DNA of 35,445 nucleotides from Leptolyngbyaceae cyanobacterium (GCA_036703985.1 DATNQN010000123.1:126816-162260), one strand, 5' to 3'. Positions 23,822 through 34,266 are shown, numbered from the stretch's first letter. The notes: a model not told the origin generated them from the letters alone. Numbers and translations: made by a program.

Positions 23822-25201
23822 ATGAATCGCAAAGAGACGAAGGACTCGAATGCAGAAGTAAATTTGGCAGATTCGGTGTTGTGTCCGGAAAGTTGGCCGT
23901 TTAGTTTAGAATGGTTGCCCGTACCTGCTTTTATGGTAGGTGGTGCGGTGCGGGATGCGCTGTTGGGAAGACGGCGGGAGTATTTGGATTTGGATTTCGT
24001 GCTACCAACTGGTGCGGTAGAAACGGCTTCGACGATCGCACGACATTATCAAGCGGGATTCGTGCTTCTGGATGCACAACGACAAATTGCCAGAGTGGTA
24101 TTTAAAAATGCTACGGCTGATTTCGCTCAGCAAGAGGGGGAAAGTTTAGAAACGGATTTGCATCGTCGCGATTTTACGATCAACGCGATCGCCTACAATC
24201 CACATACGGAAGAAATCATCGATCCCCTTCAAGGATATGCCGATTTGCAACAAGGGATGATTCGCATGGTGTCCCCGGCTAATTTGGCAGACGATCCGTT
24301 AAGGTTATTACGAGGTTATCGTCAAGCTGCTCAACTTGGATTTGCGATCGCACCAGAAACTCGATCTGCGATCGGTGAATTAGCACCCAAACTTTCTCAA
24401 ATTGCCGCCGAACGAGTGCGAGTAGAATTAAGCTACCTCCTGGGTAGTCCCCAAGGTACTCCCTGGCTATCTGCTGCTTGGGAAGATGGTATCCTGCGAT
24501 GGATTCTGCACGATAATATCACGGCTCGAAATTTGGCCATCTTAGCCGAAATCGATCGCGCTACTGCCAATTTCAGTCAAGTTTGGCCCACTTTGTCAGC
24601 GGCATTATATTCTACTATTCCCGGTTTAGCGGCAGATGCCAAGCGAACTTGGATCGCGATCGCCAAATATGCTAGTCTGCTAATTCCCGAAAATTGGCTT
24701 TTCCAACTTCATACTTTACCAGTCACTCTCAACTACACTCGTTCTGAGATCGCGATCGCGAATTCCTCAATTGAGGATTTTATGAAGCGGATGACTTACA
24801 GCGTCCCAGAAATTCGCGCTGTAAATATTATCCTCAAATTTTTACCCCAATTGCGATCGCCTAACTTGTCTTTGCGAGAACAGTATTTTTTCTTTCAAGA
24901 AGTGGGTGCGGTTTTCCCAGCCTTAACAGTCGTAGCTGTCGCCACCGGTACTCAAATCGAATCTTTAGCATCTTTAATCGATCGCTACCTCGATCCTAAT
25001 GACCAAGTAGCCCATCCCACTCAATTAATTAATGGCAAAGACTTAATGCAAGCGCTCAATCTGCCACCTAGCCCTCAAATCGGTCAACTTTTAACAGAAA
25101 TTCAATTAGCGCGAATCGAGGGAAAAATTTCAACTTCAGCAGATGCTTTAAAATTGGCTAACCAAATTATTAAAACCGACATTCATTTTCACCAAGGATG
25201 A
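23822..25201 (+). CDS. tRNA nucleotidyltransferase / poly(A) polymerase family (CCA-adding enzyme)
   Basis: The head-domain GGAVRDALLGRRREYLDLDFVL and RRDFTINAIAY motifs are present. The start at 23822 (MNRKETKD..) is preferred over the ORF-track 23663. The longer form would begin only 44 nt from the divergent ycf34 start and has no recognisable N-terminus. Confidence 0.8.
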   Translation: MNRKETKDSNAEVNLADSVLCPESWPFSLEWLPVPAFMVGGAVRDALLGRRREYLDLDFVLPTGAVETASTIARHYQAGFVLLDAQRQIARVVFKNATADFAQQEGESLETDLHRRDFTINAIAYNPHTEEIIDPLQGYADLQQGMIRMVSPANLADDPLRLLRGYRQAAQLGFAIAPETRSAIGELAPKLSQIAAERVRVELSYLLGSPQGTPWLSAAWEDGILRWILHDNITARNLAILAEIDRATANFSQVWPTLSAALYSTIPGLAADAKRTWIAIAKYASLLIPENWLFQLHTLPVTLNYTRSEIAIANSSIEDFMKRMTYSVPEIRAVNIILKFLPQLRSPNLSLREQYFFFQEVGAVFPALTVVAVATGTQIESLASLIDRYLDPNDQVAHPTQLINGKDLMQALNLPPSPQIGQLLTEIQLARIEGKISTSADALKLANQIIKTDIHFHQG

Positions 25202-25433
25202 TATTCGATGGTTAATGTTTATAGAACTTATGCCATTAATCCAAAAAGCCAACACACCAAAAGTTTTATTTGAATTAACTTTGATATTTTTACCCACTTT
25301 CCCCCTTACCCTCTCTTTCCTTCCTCAAAATATGTAAGTCTAAATCATCATTTATTTTGTTTATAGCAACCGTCAAGGCGGTTAAGGCATTATTAGTTGC
25401 ACCAAACTCTTACTCCTAGCCCCTAGTCCCTAG

Positions 25434-27080
25434 CTATATTTGGTAAATGGGAAGTTTAATCACAAACTCGGTTCCTTCTCCAGCAATCGAATTAATTTCA
25501 ATTTCTCCGCTATGTTGCTCTATAATAATTTTACGAGAAATTTGTAATCCCAAACCAGTACCTTTTCCGACGGGTTTAGTAGTAAATATATGTTCAAATA
25601 TTCGTTGTTTTAATTCCTGAGACATTCCTACCCCATTATCTTTAACCCGAATCAAAATAAATTTTTCTTTCTCGGGTTGGGTAATCTGAACCCAGATTGT
25701 AGGACTCAGAGTATGCTGATGATTAATTTTGCCAAATTTCTCGTCAATCGCATCAATCGAATTAGCTAATAAATTAATTAAAACTTGATTTAGCTGTCCG
25801 GGAAAGCATTCGATTGGCGGGATATTTTCGTACTCTTTCACTACTTTAATTTCTCGACGAAATTCGTTAGCTTTCAGACGGTATTTAAGAATGAGGATAG
25901 CACTGTCAATTCCCCGATCGATGTTAAATGGAATAGCCCGCTCGCTGTCTACTCTAGAAAAAATTCGTAGACTTGAACTAATATTACGAATGCGCTCTAT
26001 TCCATCTTCCATTGAATCAATTATTTTAGGCAAATCTTCCCGCAAATATGTCAATTCAATTGACTCAATTTCTCTCTTAATTTCAGGTACTGGTTTAGGA
26101 TAATATTTTTGGTATAGTTCAATTAAATGGAGCAAATTATGAATGTATTCATGAGTATGAACCAAATTACCATGAATAAAGTTAACTGGATTATTAACTT
26201 CATGAGCAACGCCAGCCACCATTTCACCTAAAGTAGCCATCTTAGCATTTTGAACTACTTGGAAGGTTTGTTGCTGAATTAGATGTAAAGCTTGTTCTAG
26301 CTGATTTGTTTTGGCTTTTAATTCACACTCTGTTAGCTGTAAATCCCCAATCAATTTCTCTTTTAATTGGGAGTTTAACGCGATATTTCGCGCTAATTTA
26401 TGTCCGTAAAATATGAAAATAAAAATCATATTTAATATTAAAATTGCCACTACATATTCATAAAATCCTAGTATTTTTGTAAAATTTTTTTGCTGGTTTA
26501 AAATTTGTTGTTGAATTTCTGTTACATCTTGCCTTAATTTATCTAATGCCATATTAACTTGGCTGTACTTGCGATCCATTGTTGCCATACGTTTACCAGC
26601 CATTTCAGGCTGGCTCTGATTAAAATAATCAAAAATTAAGTTAGCTTCCCGGATCATCTTATCCATTGCTGTTTCTAATGAATCCAAATCATTTAAAATA
26701 ATCTTTGAGTGTTCTGGATTTACATTGTCTTTTAAGTCTTGTTTGAGCAATGTTATTTGTTTTTGAAATTTTTGAAAAGCTGCTTGTAATCTTTTTGATT
26801 CTAATGGTACATTCTGCGAATCAAAAATATCGTTACCTGGAGCATTTACTTTTGCAGCTAGTTGACTTAACTTAGAGTAATGACCCAAGCGAGTAGCCCA
26901 TTCTTGGTTGACTTGTATAGATTGAATATAACTATTTTTAATCTGGTGATTGACAAACAAGCTTACTAACACAGTACATATATCGAAAGCTGCCAAAAAA
27001 TAGTAAATATATAACCATTTTGGTTGAAAAAAAGATGGCTTCAAATTTTGTTTTTCATTTAACTTTCTTTTTAGTTGCAT
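25434..27080 (-). CDS. sensor histidine kinase (membrane-anchored, coiled-coil sensor region, HisKA + HATPase_c)
   Basis: The H-box is LGEMVAGVAHEVNNPVNFIHGNL. The N, G1 and G2 boxes are near the C-terminus (VKDNGVGMS, GTGLGL). There is an N-terminal transmembrane helix. No response regulator gene is adjacent. Confidence 0.85.
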   Translation of the reverse strand: MQLKRKLNEKQNLKPSFFQPKWLYIYYFLAAFDICTVLVSLFVNHQIKNSYIQSIQVNQEWATRLGHYSKLSQLAAKVNAPGNDIFDSQNVPLESKRLQAAFQKFQKQITLLKQDLKDNVNPEHSKIILNDLDSLETAMDKMIREANLIFDYFNQSQPEMAGKRMATMDRKYSQVNMALDKLRQDVTEIQQQILNQQKNFTKILGFYEYVVAILILNMIFIFIFYGHKLARNIALNSQLKEKLIGDLQLTECELKAKTNQLEQALHLIQQQTFQVVQNAKMATLGEMVAGVAHEVNNPVNFIHGNLVHTHEYIHNLLHLIELYQKYYPKPVPEIKREIESIELTYLREDLPKIIDSMEDGIERIRNISSSLRIFSRVDSERAIPFNIDRGIDSAILILKYRLKANEFRREIKVVKEYENIPPIECFPGQLNQVLINLLANSIDAIDEKFGKINHQHTLSPTIWVQITQPEKEKFILIRVKDNGVGMSQELKQRIFEHIFTTKPVGKGTGLGLQISRKIIIEQHSGEIEINSIAGEGTEFVIKLPIYQI

Positions 27081-27670
27081 AATAAAGTATTAAAATTGCA
27101 AGTTAGGTGAATTTGATATACACTCCCTATTAAAAGTTTGTCACCCCGAACATTTGTCTGCTTATATTAGGTTATTTTGCGACAAAATACACCATTATTT
27201 TTGTTAATTTTTATATTTAATTAGATAATTTATTAATTCAATAAACGAATGTATTTTGATGTTGGATAATAAATTTGAATATTTTTAATCATCTAAATAA
27301 AGCCAGAGTTTCTACGAAAAAACTAAACGGTAACTTTAAAATTTACGCCGATTGACAATGCGCTGTAAGGAGCGCACTTATTCAACAAACAACTTAACGG
27401 TAATTAATGACGATTCGCAACGGCCATTTGGCCGAAATTCCTACCGCACTTTACTCATAATGAATATTTACTACTCGATCGAGCAATTATCAAAAGGAGA
27501 AGTATTTTGTTTATTTATTACTTAATTTGCACTCAAATCCTTTCTTAAGATAAGCAGAGATTGGTTGGATAAGACCGCAATCGTTGCTGTTTGCTGTTTG
27601 TATAGATAATAAAATTTTGGCACGATGTTAAACTGCGACACCCAACCGATAAACTAAAGTAAGCAACCAC

Positions 27671-28282
27671 TTGTATGCGATGGCTTCTCAACTCTGGCCT
27701 TACATTACTCCCGGCATTCCTGACGAACTGTTCGATCGCTTACCCGGTATTCCCCTCAGTAAGCGCGAAGTCCGATTGCTCATCATGTCTCACCTCAGAC
27801 TGAAGCCAGATTCAGTGTTGTGGGATATTGGTGCGGGGACTGGTACGATCCCAGTAGAAGCGGGGTTGCTTTGTCCCAAAGGCAAGATCGTCGCCATAGA
27901 ACGAGATGAAGAAGTAGCCAGTTTGATCCGACGTAACTGCGATCGCTTTGAAGTAGCAAACGTAGAAGTCATTGAAGGTAGCGCCCCAGAATGCCTCAAA
28001 GATATCTCGTTGCCACCCCATCGCGTCTGCATTGAAGGAGGACGCCCGATCAAAGAAATTTTGCAACAAGTTTGGCACTATTTGCAACCCGAAGGAAGAA
28101 TAGTCGCCACTGCCAGTAATTTAGAAAGTCTTTACGCCATCTCGGAAAGTTTCTCTCATTTACAAGTTCGCAATATAGAAGTAGTACAATCTGCCGTCAA
28201 TCGTTTGGAAACGCGGGGTACTCATCAAACGCTGGCATCCGTCAATCCAGTTTTTATCCTGAGTGGCGAAAAGCTAGACTGA
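27671..28282 (+). CDS. cbiT: cobalt-precorrin-6B C15-methyltransferase (decarboxylating) CbiT-like SAM methyltransferase
   Basis: The SAM-binding motif is VLWDIGAGTGTIPVEAG. Overall collinearity with remembered archaeal CbiT is good (..EVR.LIM..L.P....DIG.GTG....E.A..V.AIER..E....N..R.......IEG.APE.L). The protein is 203 aa. Confidence 0.75.
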   Translation: MYAMASQLWPYITPGIPDELFDRLPGIPLSKREVRLLIMSHLRLKPDSVLWDIGAGTGTIPVEAGLLCPKGKIVAIERDEEVASLIRRNCDRFEVANVEVIEGSAPECLKDISLPPHRVCIEGGRPIKEILQQVWHYLQPEGRIVATASNLESLYAISESFSHLQVRNIEVVQSAVNRLETRGTHQTLASVNPVFILSGEKLD

Positions 28283-28310
28283 AACAAAGAAATTTTAGAT
28301 TTTCGATTCC

Positions 28311-28349
28311 ATCTAAAATCTAAAATCTAAAATCTAAAATCTAAAATCG
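28311..28349. repeat. heptamer array AAAATCT x5 between cbiT and cdsA
   Basis: The sequence reads atctaaaatctaaaatctaaaatctaaaatctaaaatcg, directly upstream of the cdsA start. Confidence 0.85.
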
Positions 28350-28353
28350 TCTC

Positions 28354-29220
28354 ATGCCTTGGACTCGTATACTTAGCGGAATTATCGCGATCGTCCTTGC
28401 TTTAGGAATGACCCTGTTAGGAGGGTGGTATTTCACCCTATGCTTTGGCATTATCGTCTATTTAGGCCAGTTAGAATATTTTCAGCTAGCGCGAGCTAAG
28501 GGAATAGCGCCCGCTGGCAAAACTACATTGGTCGTCAGCCAGGTTTTGCTGATCGTTTCTACCATATCTCATGACTTAGCAGACGCCATATTTCCAGTCG
28601 CCGGCACGTTAATCTGTTTCTATTTGCTATTTCAGCCAAAATTTGCCACCATCGCCGATATTTCCGCCTCCGTATTAGGATTATTTTACGGCGGTTATTT
28701 GCCCAGCTATTGGGTCAGATTGCGATCGCTTGGTAGCGAAGTCAGCAACCTACCTCTAGGCGGATATTGGCCCCAAACCTGGACAAATATTAAAATCCTG
28801 CCCCAAGGTTTGACCATCACTTTACTTTCATTTGGCTGTATCTGGGCAGCCGATATCGGAGCTTACACGATTGGAAGATTATTCGGTAAAACCCGCCTTT
28901 CGGACATCAGCCCCAAAAAGACCGTCGAAGGAGCCGTTTTTGGCGTCAGCGCCAGCGTAGCCGTAGCCGTCGCGGGCGCTTGGTATCTGGATTGGTCGGG
29001 TTGGCCCTTAACTGGCGTTGCCTTAGGGTTGCTAATCGGCATTGCCAGTCTTTTGGGAGACCTCACCGAGTCAATGATGAAGCGGGATGCAGGGGTTAAA
29101 GACTCCGGACAACTCATCCCAGGTCACGGCGGCATCCTAGACCGTGCCGACAGCTACGTTTTCACCGCTCCCCTGGTTTACTATTTCGTTACTTTGCTTT
29201 TACCCCTCTTGCCCAAGTGA
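28354..29220 (+). CDS. cdsA: phosphatidate cytidylyltransferase (CDP-diglyceride synthase)
   Basis: The C-terminal signature is SPKKTVEGAVFGV...LLGDLTESMMKRDAGVKDSGQLIPGHGGILDRADS. It is a polytopic membrane protein. Confidence 0.9.
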   Translation: MPWTRILSGIIAIVLALGMTLLGGWYFTLCFGIIVYLGQLEYFQLARAKGIAPAGKTTLVVSQVLLIVSTISHDLADAIFPVAGTLICFYLLFQPKFATIADISASVLGLFYGGYLPSYWVRLRSLGSEVSNLPLGGYWPQTWTNIKILPQGLTITLLSFGCIWAADIGAYTIGRLFGKTRLSDISPKKTVEGAVFGVSASVAVAVAGAWYLDWSGWPLTGVALGLLIGIASLLGDLTESMMKRDAGVKDSGQLIPGHGGILDRADSYVFTAPLVYYFVTLLLPLLPK

Positions 29221-29262
29221 AGGCAAGGGGAAAGGATGAAGTATGAAGGATAAAGGATGAAG
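29221..29262. repeat. AAGGATG/ATGAAGG-type heptamer array directly 3' of cdsA
   Basis: The sequence reads aaggcaaggggaaaggatgaagtatgaaggataaaggatgaag. Confidence 0.7.
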
Positions 29263-29345
29263 TTGAATACAAAGCAACTATTCCTCCCCTGTATACTCTT
29301 TCCCTTTCCCCCTGCCCCGGAGACCCTTTCCTCTTCCCCTTTCCC

Positions 29346-30119
29346 TCAATCCGTTCTCACCAACAGACGACCGCGACAAATTAACCGACCCGGAGTTAAG
29401 GTTAGTTCCTCAATTTCCACATCCGAACCCAAATTAATTTCTACAGGTTTGGCAAAAGTAACATTCGAGCCAAACGGCCCTTTAATTTGAGGCTCCGTCA
29501 GTAGTAAATAGTTACCATTTGCTATTTCTATACCAGTGCAAATCAGTATAGGAAAAGAGTCATCTGATTTATTATCATCAGTGACAGTACCTTTAAGTTG
29601 AATTTTTCCATAGTCGATGGTAATTTCCTGCCAAATAACTTGTCGGTTTTTCAGAACATCATTTGAGTTTGGCAATCCACCCGCTTTGAGCAGGGTTACG
29701 AGAAACTCATTTAAAGCCCCAGGTAGCAAATTACTTGCTAAAGACGCTTGCAAATCTGTTTCTTCCAAGACTAATTCACCATTGACAGGTACTGGGGCTA
29801 ACAGACGTAGAGGCTTGCCTTTTAATATTTGGCCCAAGTTAATCCGGATTGCTTGTGCCGCGATCTGAATTTGTCGGAGATGCAACCCTTGATAGACGGC
29901 GCGGCGAGCCGATAGGGATACGTTGGGAACATGACCGGAAAGGATAAGGCGGTCTCCCCCCTGAATCTTTACCTGGAGGTCTTCTACCTGTTCTACCTGC
30001 GATCGCAGCCACATTCGTACAGATGGGGAAAGCACGGAGCTAATAATACGACTTTGTTTCAGTGGTATGGTTTCCGGACTTTCCGAGTACGAGTAATCAT
30101 TCAAGGGGGCATGAGACAT
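29346..30119 (-). CDS. conserved hypothetical protein, possibly DUF2993 (LmeA-like lipid-binding) family
   Basis: The 257-aa protein has a beta-rich predicted N-terminal region with alternating hydrophobic patterns (LQVKIQGGDRLILSGHVPNVSL..AVYQGLHLRQIQIAAQAIRINLGQILKGKPLRLLAPVPVNG). The family assignment is from memory and tentative. Confidence 0.4.
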   Translation of the reverse strand: MSHAPLNDYSYSESPETIPLKQSRIISSVLSPSVRMWLRSQVEQVEDLQVKIQGGDRLILSGHVPNVSLSARRAVYQGLHLRQIQIAAQAIRINLGQILKGKPLRLLAPVPVNGELVLEETDLQASLASNLLPGALNEFLVTLLKAGGLPNSNDVLKNRQVIWQEITIDYGKIQLKGTVTDDNKSDDSFPILICTGIEIANGNYLLLTEPQIKGPFGSNVTFAKPVEINLGSDVEIEELTLTPGRLICRGRLLVRTD

Positions 30120-30238
30120 AAATATAAGTTAAGAGTTTTCCTCGATTCGGGTAATATTTGTACATAGTTTACCTATATCCTTAACGAAATTAGGTTAACA
30201 CCTGAAAAACTAAGAACAAAAATTTTAGCAGTCCCACC

Positions 30239-31012
30239 ATGCAAGAAAGGCTGCAAAAAATACTCTCTCAATGGGGTATAGCCTCCCGTCGTCAAGCCGA
30301 ACAAATGATTCTCACTGGGCGCGTAAGTGTCAATGGCACGCCAGTCCAGTTGGGACAAAAAGCCGATCCGGAATGCGATCGCATAGAAGTCGATGGCAAA
30401 CTCATCAAAGTTGCCAATCGTCCTCAGCACGTTTACCTACTACTCCACAAACCCCGTGGAGTAGTTTCTACGTGCAGCGATCCCCAAGGACGCGATACAG
30501 TTCTAGACCTACTTTCAAAAGAACTGCGACGAGAATCGGGAATTCATCCGGTGGGACGCTTAGACGCCGATTCTACAGGGGCATTACTATTGACGAACGA
30601 TGGCAACTTAACTTTTCGCCTGCTTCATCCGAAGCATAAAGTTGCTAAAACATATGAAGTCTGGGTGCACGGTCAACCTCCCGAAAGCGTCCTCCAAACT
30701 TGGCGTCAGGGAGTCGTTTTAGATGGTCAAAAAACTTTACCCGCACGAGTCAAAATCCTCAAAACAAGGCCAACAGGCGATCGAACTCTTCTAGAAATAG
30801 TTCTCAAAGAAGGGAGAAATCGGCAAATTCGGCGGGTAGGCGAATTGCTGGGATATCCAGTGATTCACATCCATCGGGTCGCGATCGGCCCAATTCAACT
30901 ACAAACCGGAAAGGAGCTTTTATTGCCTGGAAAATACCGTCATCTCACCGAAGATGAAATCGATTTTTTACAAAAGGCGAACCCCAACTTAACCGATCGC
31001 TCTATCCAATAA
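30239..31012 (+). CDS. rRNA pseudouridine synthase, RsuA/RluB family (S4 domain + PseudoU_synth_2)
   Basis: The N-terminal S4 domain reads RLQKILSQWGIASRRQAEQMILTGRVSVNG. The catalytic motif is HPVGRLDADSTGALLLTNDG. The protein is 257 aa. Confidence 0.85.
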   Translation: MQERLQKILSQWGIASRRQAEQMILTGRVSVNGTPVQLGQKADPECDRIEVDGKLIKVANRPQHVYLLLHKPRGVVSTCSDPQGRDTVLDLLSKELRRESGIHPVGRLDADSTGALLLTNDGNLTFRLLHPKHKVAKTYEVWVHGQPPESVLQTWRQGVVLDGQKTLPARVKILKTRPTGDRTLLEIVLKEGRNRQIRRVGELLGYPVIHIHRVAIGPIQLQTGKELLLPGKYRHLTEDEIDFLQKANPNLTDRSIQ

Positions 31013-31201
31013 CAGATAATTTGCCTAAAATCCTCTAAATTGCAACTGTGGCAAATTAGCCTGTCGATCGATAGATCATCTGGTAAAACCTCACTATCAA
31101 GGAGCAATGCTAAAAACCAGTCACGCTTACAAACTCTGTTAACTGCCTACCAAACCAGCTTGTACCATAGATTAGCCAGCGGATGTCAAGGAACGCAACG
31201 T

Positions 31202-32035
31202 ATGAAGAGGAATAAAAACAAGAATAAAAAGGAGAACTTACTTCCTTATCTTGAAAAACAAAGAGCCGAGAAACTAACAGAGATGGGAGGTTACCTGCGC
31301 TATCTGCGCCAGGAACAATCCTTATCTCTAGACGAAGTAGCAGCTAAAACAAAAGTACAAGCGCGTCTACTCAACGCCATTGAAGAAGCTAACCTCGAAC
31401 AATTGCCAGAACCCATTTATATTAAGGGTTTTATTAAAAAATATGCAGATGTACTAGGCTTGAACGGCGCGGAGTTTGCCAGCAGTTTCCCTACCGGACA
31501 GAGTTTTCAGCTACTCAGACCTACCTGGTATACTTTCCGCGCCCCTCAGCTGAGACCGATACACCTCTACTTTGTTTACGTATTATTGATTATCTTCGCC
31601 GTGAGCGGGCTGTCTCACATGGTGAACAGTTCCGGTATTCAGATGGGTACTGCGAATAACGCCCCAAAACCAACTACCACACCAGAACCATCTAAAGTAG
31701 CTAAAACTAACCCTCCCCCTAACTCTAACTCCAATAGCTTGGCTCTGGTCACTTCAGCCGTAGCCACTAATATGCCTTCAACAAACCAACCCGTCCGAGT
31801 AGGGGTTACCTTAAAAGCCGAATCTTGGATTCGCGTGATGGTAGATGGCAAAAAAGAATTTGAAGGGGTTTTGCCTGAAGGTACCCAGCGTACTTGGATA
31901 GCCCAGCAAGAACTAGTAGTGAAAGCTGGTAATGCCGGTGGAGTAGTAGTCGCTGTCAATGAAGGCGAAGCCAAGCAATTGGGAGCTCCAGGTCAGGTGG
32001 AAGAAGTCACCTTTAAAGTTAATCCGAAGTCCTAA
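31202..32035 (+). CDS. RodZ-like cytoskeleton protein (HTH_XRE N-terminus, TM helix, Pro/Thr-rich linker, DUF4115-type C-terminal domain)
   Basis: The HTH region is LRYLRQEQSLSLDEVAAKTKVQARLLNAIEEANLEQLPEPIYIKGFIKKYADVLGL. A transmembrane helix reads IHLYFVYVLLIIFAVSGL. The C-terminus is GVTLKAESWIRVMVDGKKEFEGVL...VVKAGNAGGVVVAVNEGE. The start is ambiguous: 31040 per the ORF track or 31202 (MKRNKNK..). Confidence 0.6.
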   Translation: MKRNKNKNKKENLLPYLEKQRAEKLTEMGGYLRYLRQEQSLSLDEVAAKTKVQARLLNAIEEANLEQLPEPIYIKGFIKKYADVLGLNGAEFASSFPTGQSFQLLRPTWYTFRAPQLRPIHLYFVYVLLIIFAVSGLSHMVNSSGIQMGTANNAPKPTTTPEPSKVAKTNPPPNSNSNSLALVTSAVATNMPSTNQPVRVGVTLKAESWIRVMVDGKKEFEGVLPEGTQRTWIAQQELVVKAGNAGGVVVAVNEGEAKQLGAPGQVEEVTFKVNPKS

Positions 32036-32103
32036 GGCAAATTTCAGATTTTTGATGCAAAAATTCGCTCTCAAATCTGAAATTTGTGCTTAGCAATTCT
32101 TTT

Positions 32104-33657
32104 TTAGGAAGTAACAGGGGCACGGCCATAGATTTCGGTTAAAATCCTCAGGCATTCCCGAAAACTTTGCCAAATAGGTTCTTGAGACCCGGAAAAGATA
32201 GCCCCTTTAACTTGGCCATCCAATGCTTCCCATCGATAGCGCCACTCCCAGTTACCCTCTCCCACACCCGGTTTGTTCATCCGCGCTTCGCTACCTAAAC
32301 CGAAAACATCTTGGAGAGGAATAATTGCTTGGTTGGCTACAGAACCATAAACTACTCGAATTAAATCCCAATGGATTTCTCCGCTAGTACAACCCAAATA
32401 GTTAAGGATGTGATTCTTTTCATCATCTGATAACTTATCGAACCATCCCACGGTCGTATCGTTGTCATGGGTACCCGTGTAAGCTACGCAGTTGCGGGGA
32501 TAATTAAAAGGTAAATAGGGATTGCCCGGGTCAGAACCATAGGCAAACTGCAAAATCTTCATACCGGGAAATTCAAATCGATCGCGCAGTTCCTCTACCT
32601 CTGGGGTAATTAAGCCTAAATCTTCGGCAATAATCGGCAATTTACCTAATTTCTCTTTCACGACTTCAAACAACGCCGCCCCAGGTGCTTCTACCCACTC
32701 ACCATTAATAGCGGTTTCTTCTCCTTCTGGCACTGCCCAGTAAGACTCGAATCCTCGGAAGTGGTCGATGCGAATGATATCTACATAATCCAGCATCGAC
32801 TGGAAGCGCAGCACCCACCAGCTAAAGTTATCTTTCTGTAATTGTTCCCAGTTATAAACCGGATTGCCCCACAATTGCCCGGTTTCGCTGAAGTAATCCG
32901 GTGGTACCCCTGCCATGAGTGCTGGTTCTCCGGTTTCTTCATCCAGACAAAATATTTGGGGATTGGCCCAAACATCGGCGCTGTTGTGGGCTACGTAAAT
33001 GGGAATATCGCCAATAATTTGGATGCCCCGCATATTAGCGTAGGTTTTTAGTTCCGACCACTGGCGGAAAAACTCATATTGAACGAATTTATGAAAAATA
33101 ATCTCTGCATTGAGTCGCCGCCCCAACTGATCGATAGTGGCTGGGTCGCGTTTGGCAAGTTCCGGTTCCCAAGTATGCCAGCTTGCACCTTCATGGGTAT
33201 CCAGGAAAGTCATAAATAAAGCATAGTCATCCAACCAATAAGCCTTGCTACTGCAAAATCCGGCAAACTGCTGTTGTTGGGATGGGGAGGCTTTGATTTT
33301 AAAATTCTCGCAGGCTTTTTGAAGCAGGGGCATTTTTATTTTGATTACTAATTCGTAATCTACCCGATCGGCGGGAAATTCCGGCAAATCTGCCAAATCT
33401 CCATCACTTAGAAATCCCTCGTCTCGCAGCTTTTCCGGGCTGATCAGCAGGGGATTGCCCGCCATTGCCGAAAAACACATATAAGGAGAATTACCATAGC
33501 CTGTCGGCCCTAAAGGTAAGACCTGCCAAAATTGTTGCTTGCCTTCTGCCAAAAAATCTACAAAGCGATACGCTTCAAAACCCAAGTCTCCTATGCCAAA
33601 ACGACTGGGAAAGGAAGTGGGGTGCAGCAAAATGCCACTCGATCTGGGAAACGGCAT
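32104..33657 (-). CDS. malQ: 4-alpha-glucanotransferase (amylomaltase, GH77)
   Basis: The N-terminus MPFPRSSGILLHPTSFPSRFGIGDLG is the canonical MalQ start. The GH77 motifs continue throughout. The ORF-track start at 33765 adds a 36-aa N-terminal extension not typical of MalQ, so 33657 is preferred. Confidence 0.88.
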   Translation of the reverse strand: MPFPRSSGILLHPTSFPSRFGIGDLGFEAYRFVDFLAEGKQQFWQVLPLGPTGYGNSPYMCFSAMAGNPLLISPEKLRDEGFLSDGDLADLPEFPADRVDYELVIKIKMPLLQKACENFKIKASPSQQQQFAGFCSSKAYWLDDYALFMTFLDTHEGASWHTWEPELAKRDPATIDQLGRRLNAEIIFHKFVQYEFFRQWSELKTYANMRGIQIIGDIPIYVAHNSADVWANPQIFCLDEETGEPALMAGVPPDYFSETGQLWGNPVYNWEQLQKDNFSWWVLRFQSMLDYVDIIRIDHFRGFESYWAVPEGEETAINGEWVEAPGAALFEVVKEKLGKLPIIAEDLGLITPEVEELRDRFEFPGMKILQFAYGSDPGNPYLPFNYPRNCVAYTGTHDNDTTVGWFDKLSDDEKNHILNYLGCTSGEIHWDLIRVVYGSVANQAIIPLQDVFGLGSEARMNKPGVGEGNWEWRYRWEALDGQVKGAIFSGSQEPIWQSFRECLRILTEIYGRAPVTS

Positions 33658-33837
33658 AATTAATTCAAAAAATAAGCTATAAGAAGCAGACGATACGACA
33701 TTATCACGTAGAAGCAGCTTTCCAATGTGCCGAAGTCTAAGTTGTTTTTTAAGCACTTTAGGCAAGTAACTGGATTTACGACTGACCGAGCGCTATGCTG
33801 AGAGCGTGTAAATCGCTTTTTTCAGATTTTTTGCCTC

Positions 33838-34266
33838 GTGACTTACCGAAATCCTACTCCTACAGTCGATATCATCATTGAATTAATCGATCGTCCGCAT
33901 CGACCGATAGTTTTAATTGAACGTCAGAATACACCCCTCGGTTGGGCTATTCCTGGCGGTTTCGTGGATTATGGAGAATCCGTGGAAACGGCAGCACGAC
34001 GGGAAGCCCTGGAGGAAATTAGCTTAGAAGTAGATTTAATCGAACAGTTTCACGTTTATTCAGACCCGAATCGCGACCCCCGCCAGCATACGATGAGCGT
34101 GGTGTTTATCGCTACAGCTACCGGGGAACCGAACGCGGGGGATGATGCCAAGGGAATCGGCGTGTTTGAATCTTGGCGAGTTCCCCCCAATCTTTGTTTC
34201 GATCACGACAGGATTTTGCAAGATTATTGGCGTTATCGTCATTATGGGATACGCCCTGGTTTGTGA
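33838..34266 (+). CDS. NUDIX hydrolase
   Basis: The Nudix box is [24 protein letters not shown] (GX5EX7REUXEEXGU). The protein is 142 aa. Confidence 0.8.
   Translation: MTYRNPTPTVDIIIELIDRPHRPIVLIERQNTPLGWAIPGGFVDYGESVETAARREALEEISLEVDLIEQFHVYSDPNRDPRQHTMSVVFIATATGEPNAGDDAKGIGVFESWRVPPNLCFDHDRILQDYWRYRHYGIRPGL

Noticed and set aside
27081-27670. Cobalamin riboswitch upstream of cbiT
   Set aside because: No B12-box-like GCCACTG or GGTG..AA core motifs were found in the 590-bp region.
33658-33765. 36-aa N-terminal extension of malQ (ORF-track start 33765)
   Set aside because: MPFPRSSGILLHPTS at 33657 is the canonical MalQ N-terminus, and the extension is not expected in GH77 enzymes.
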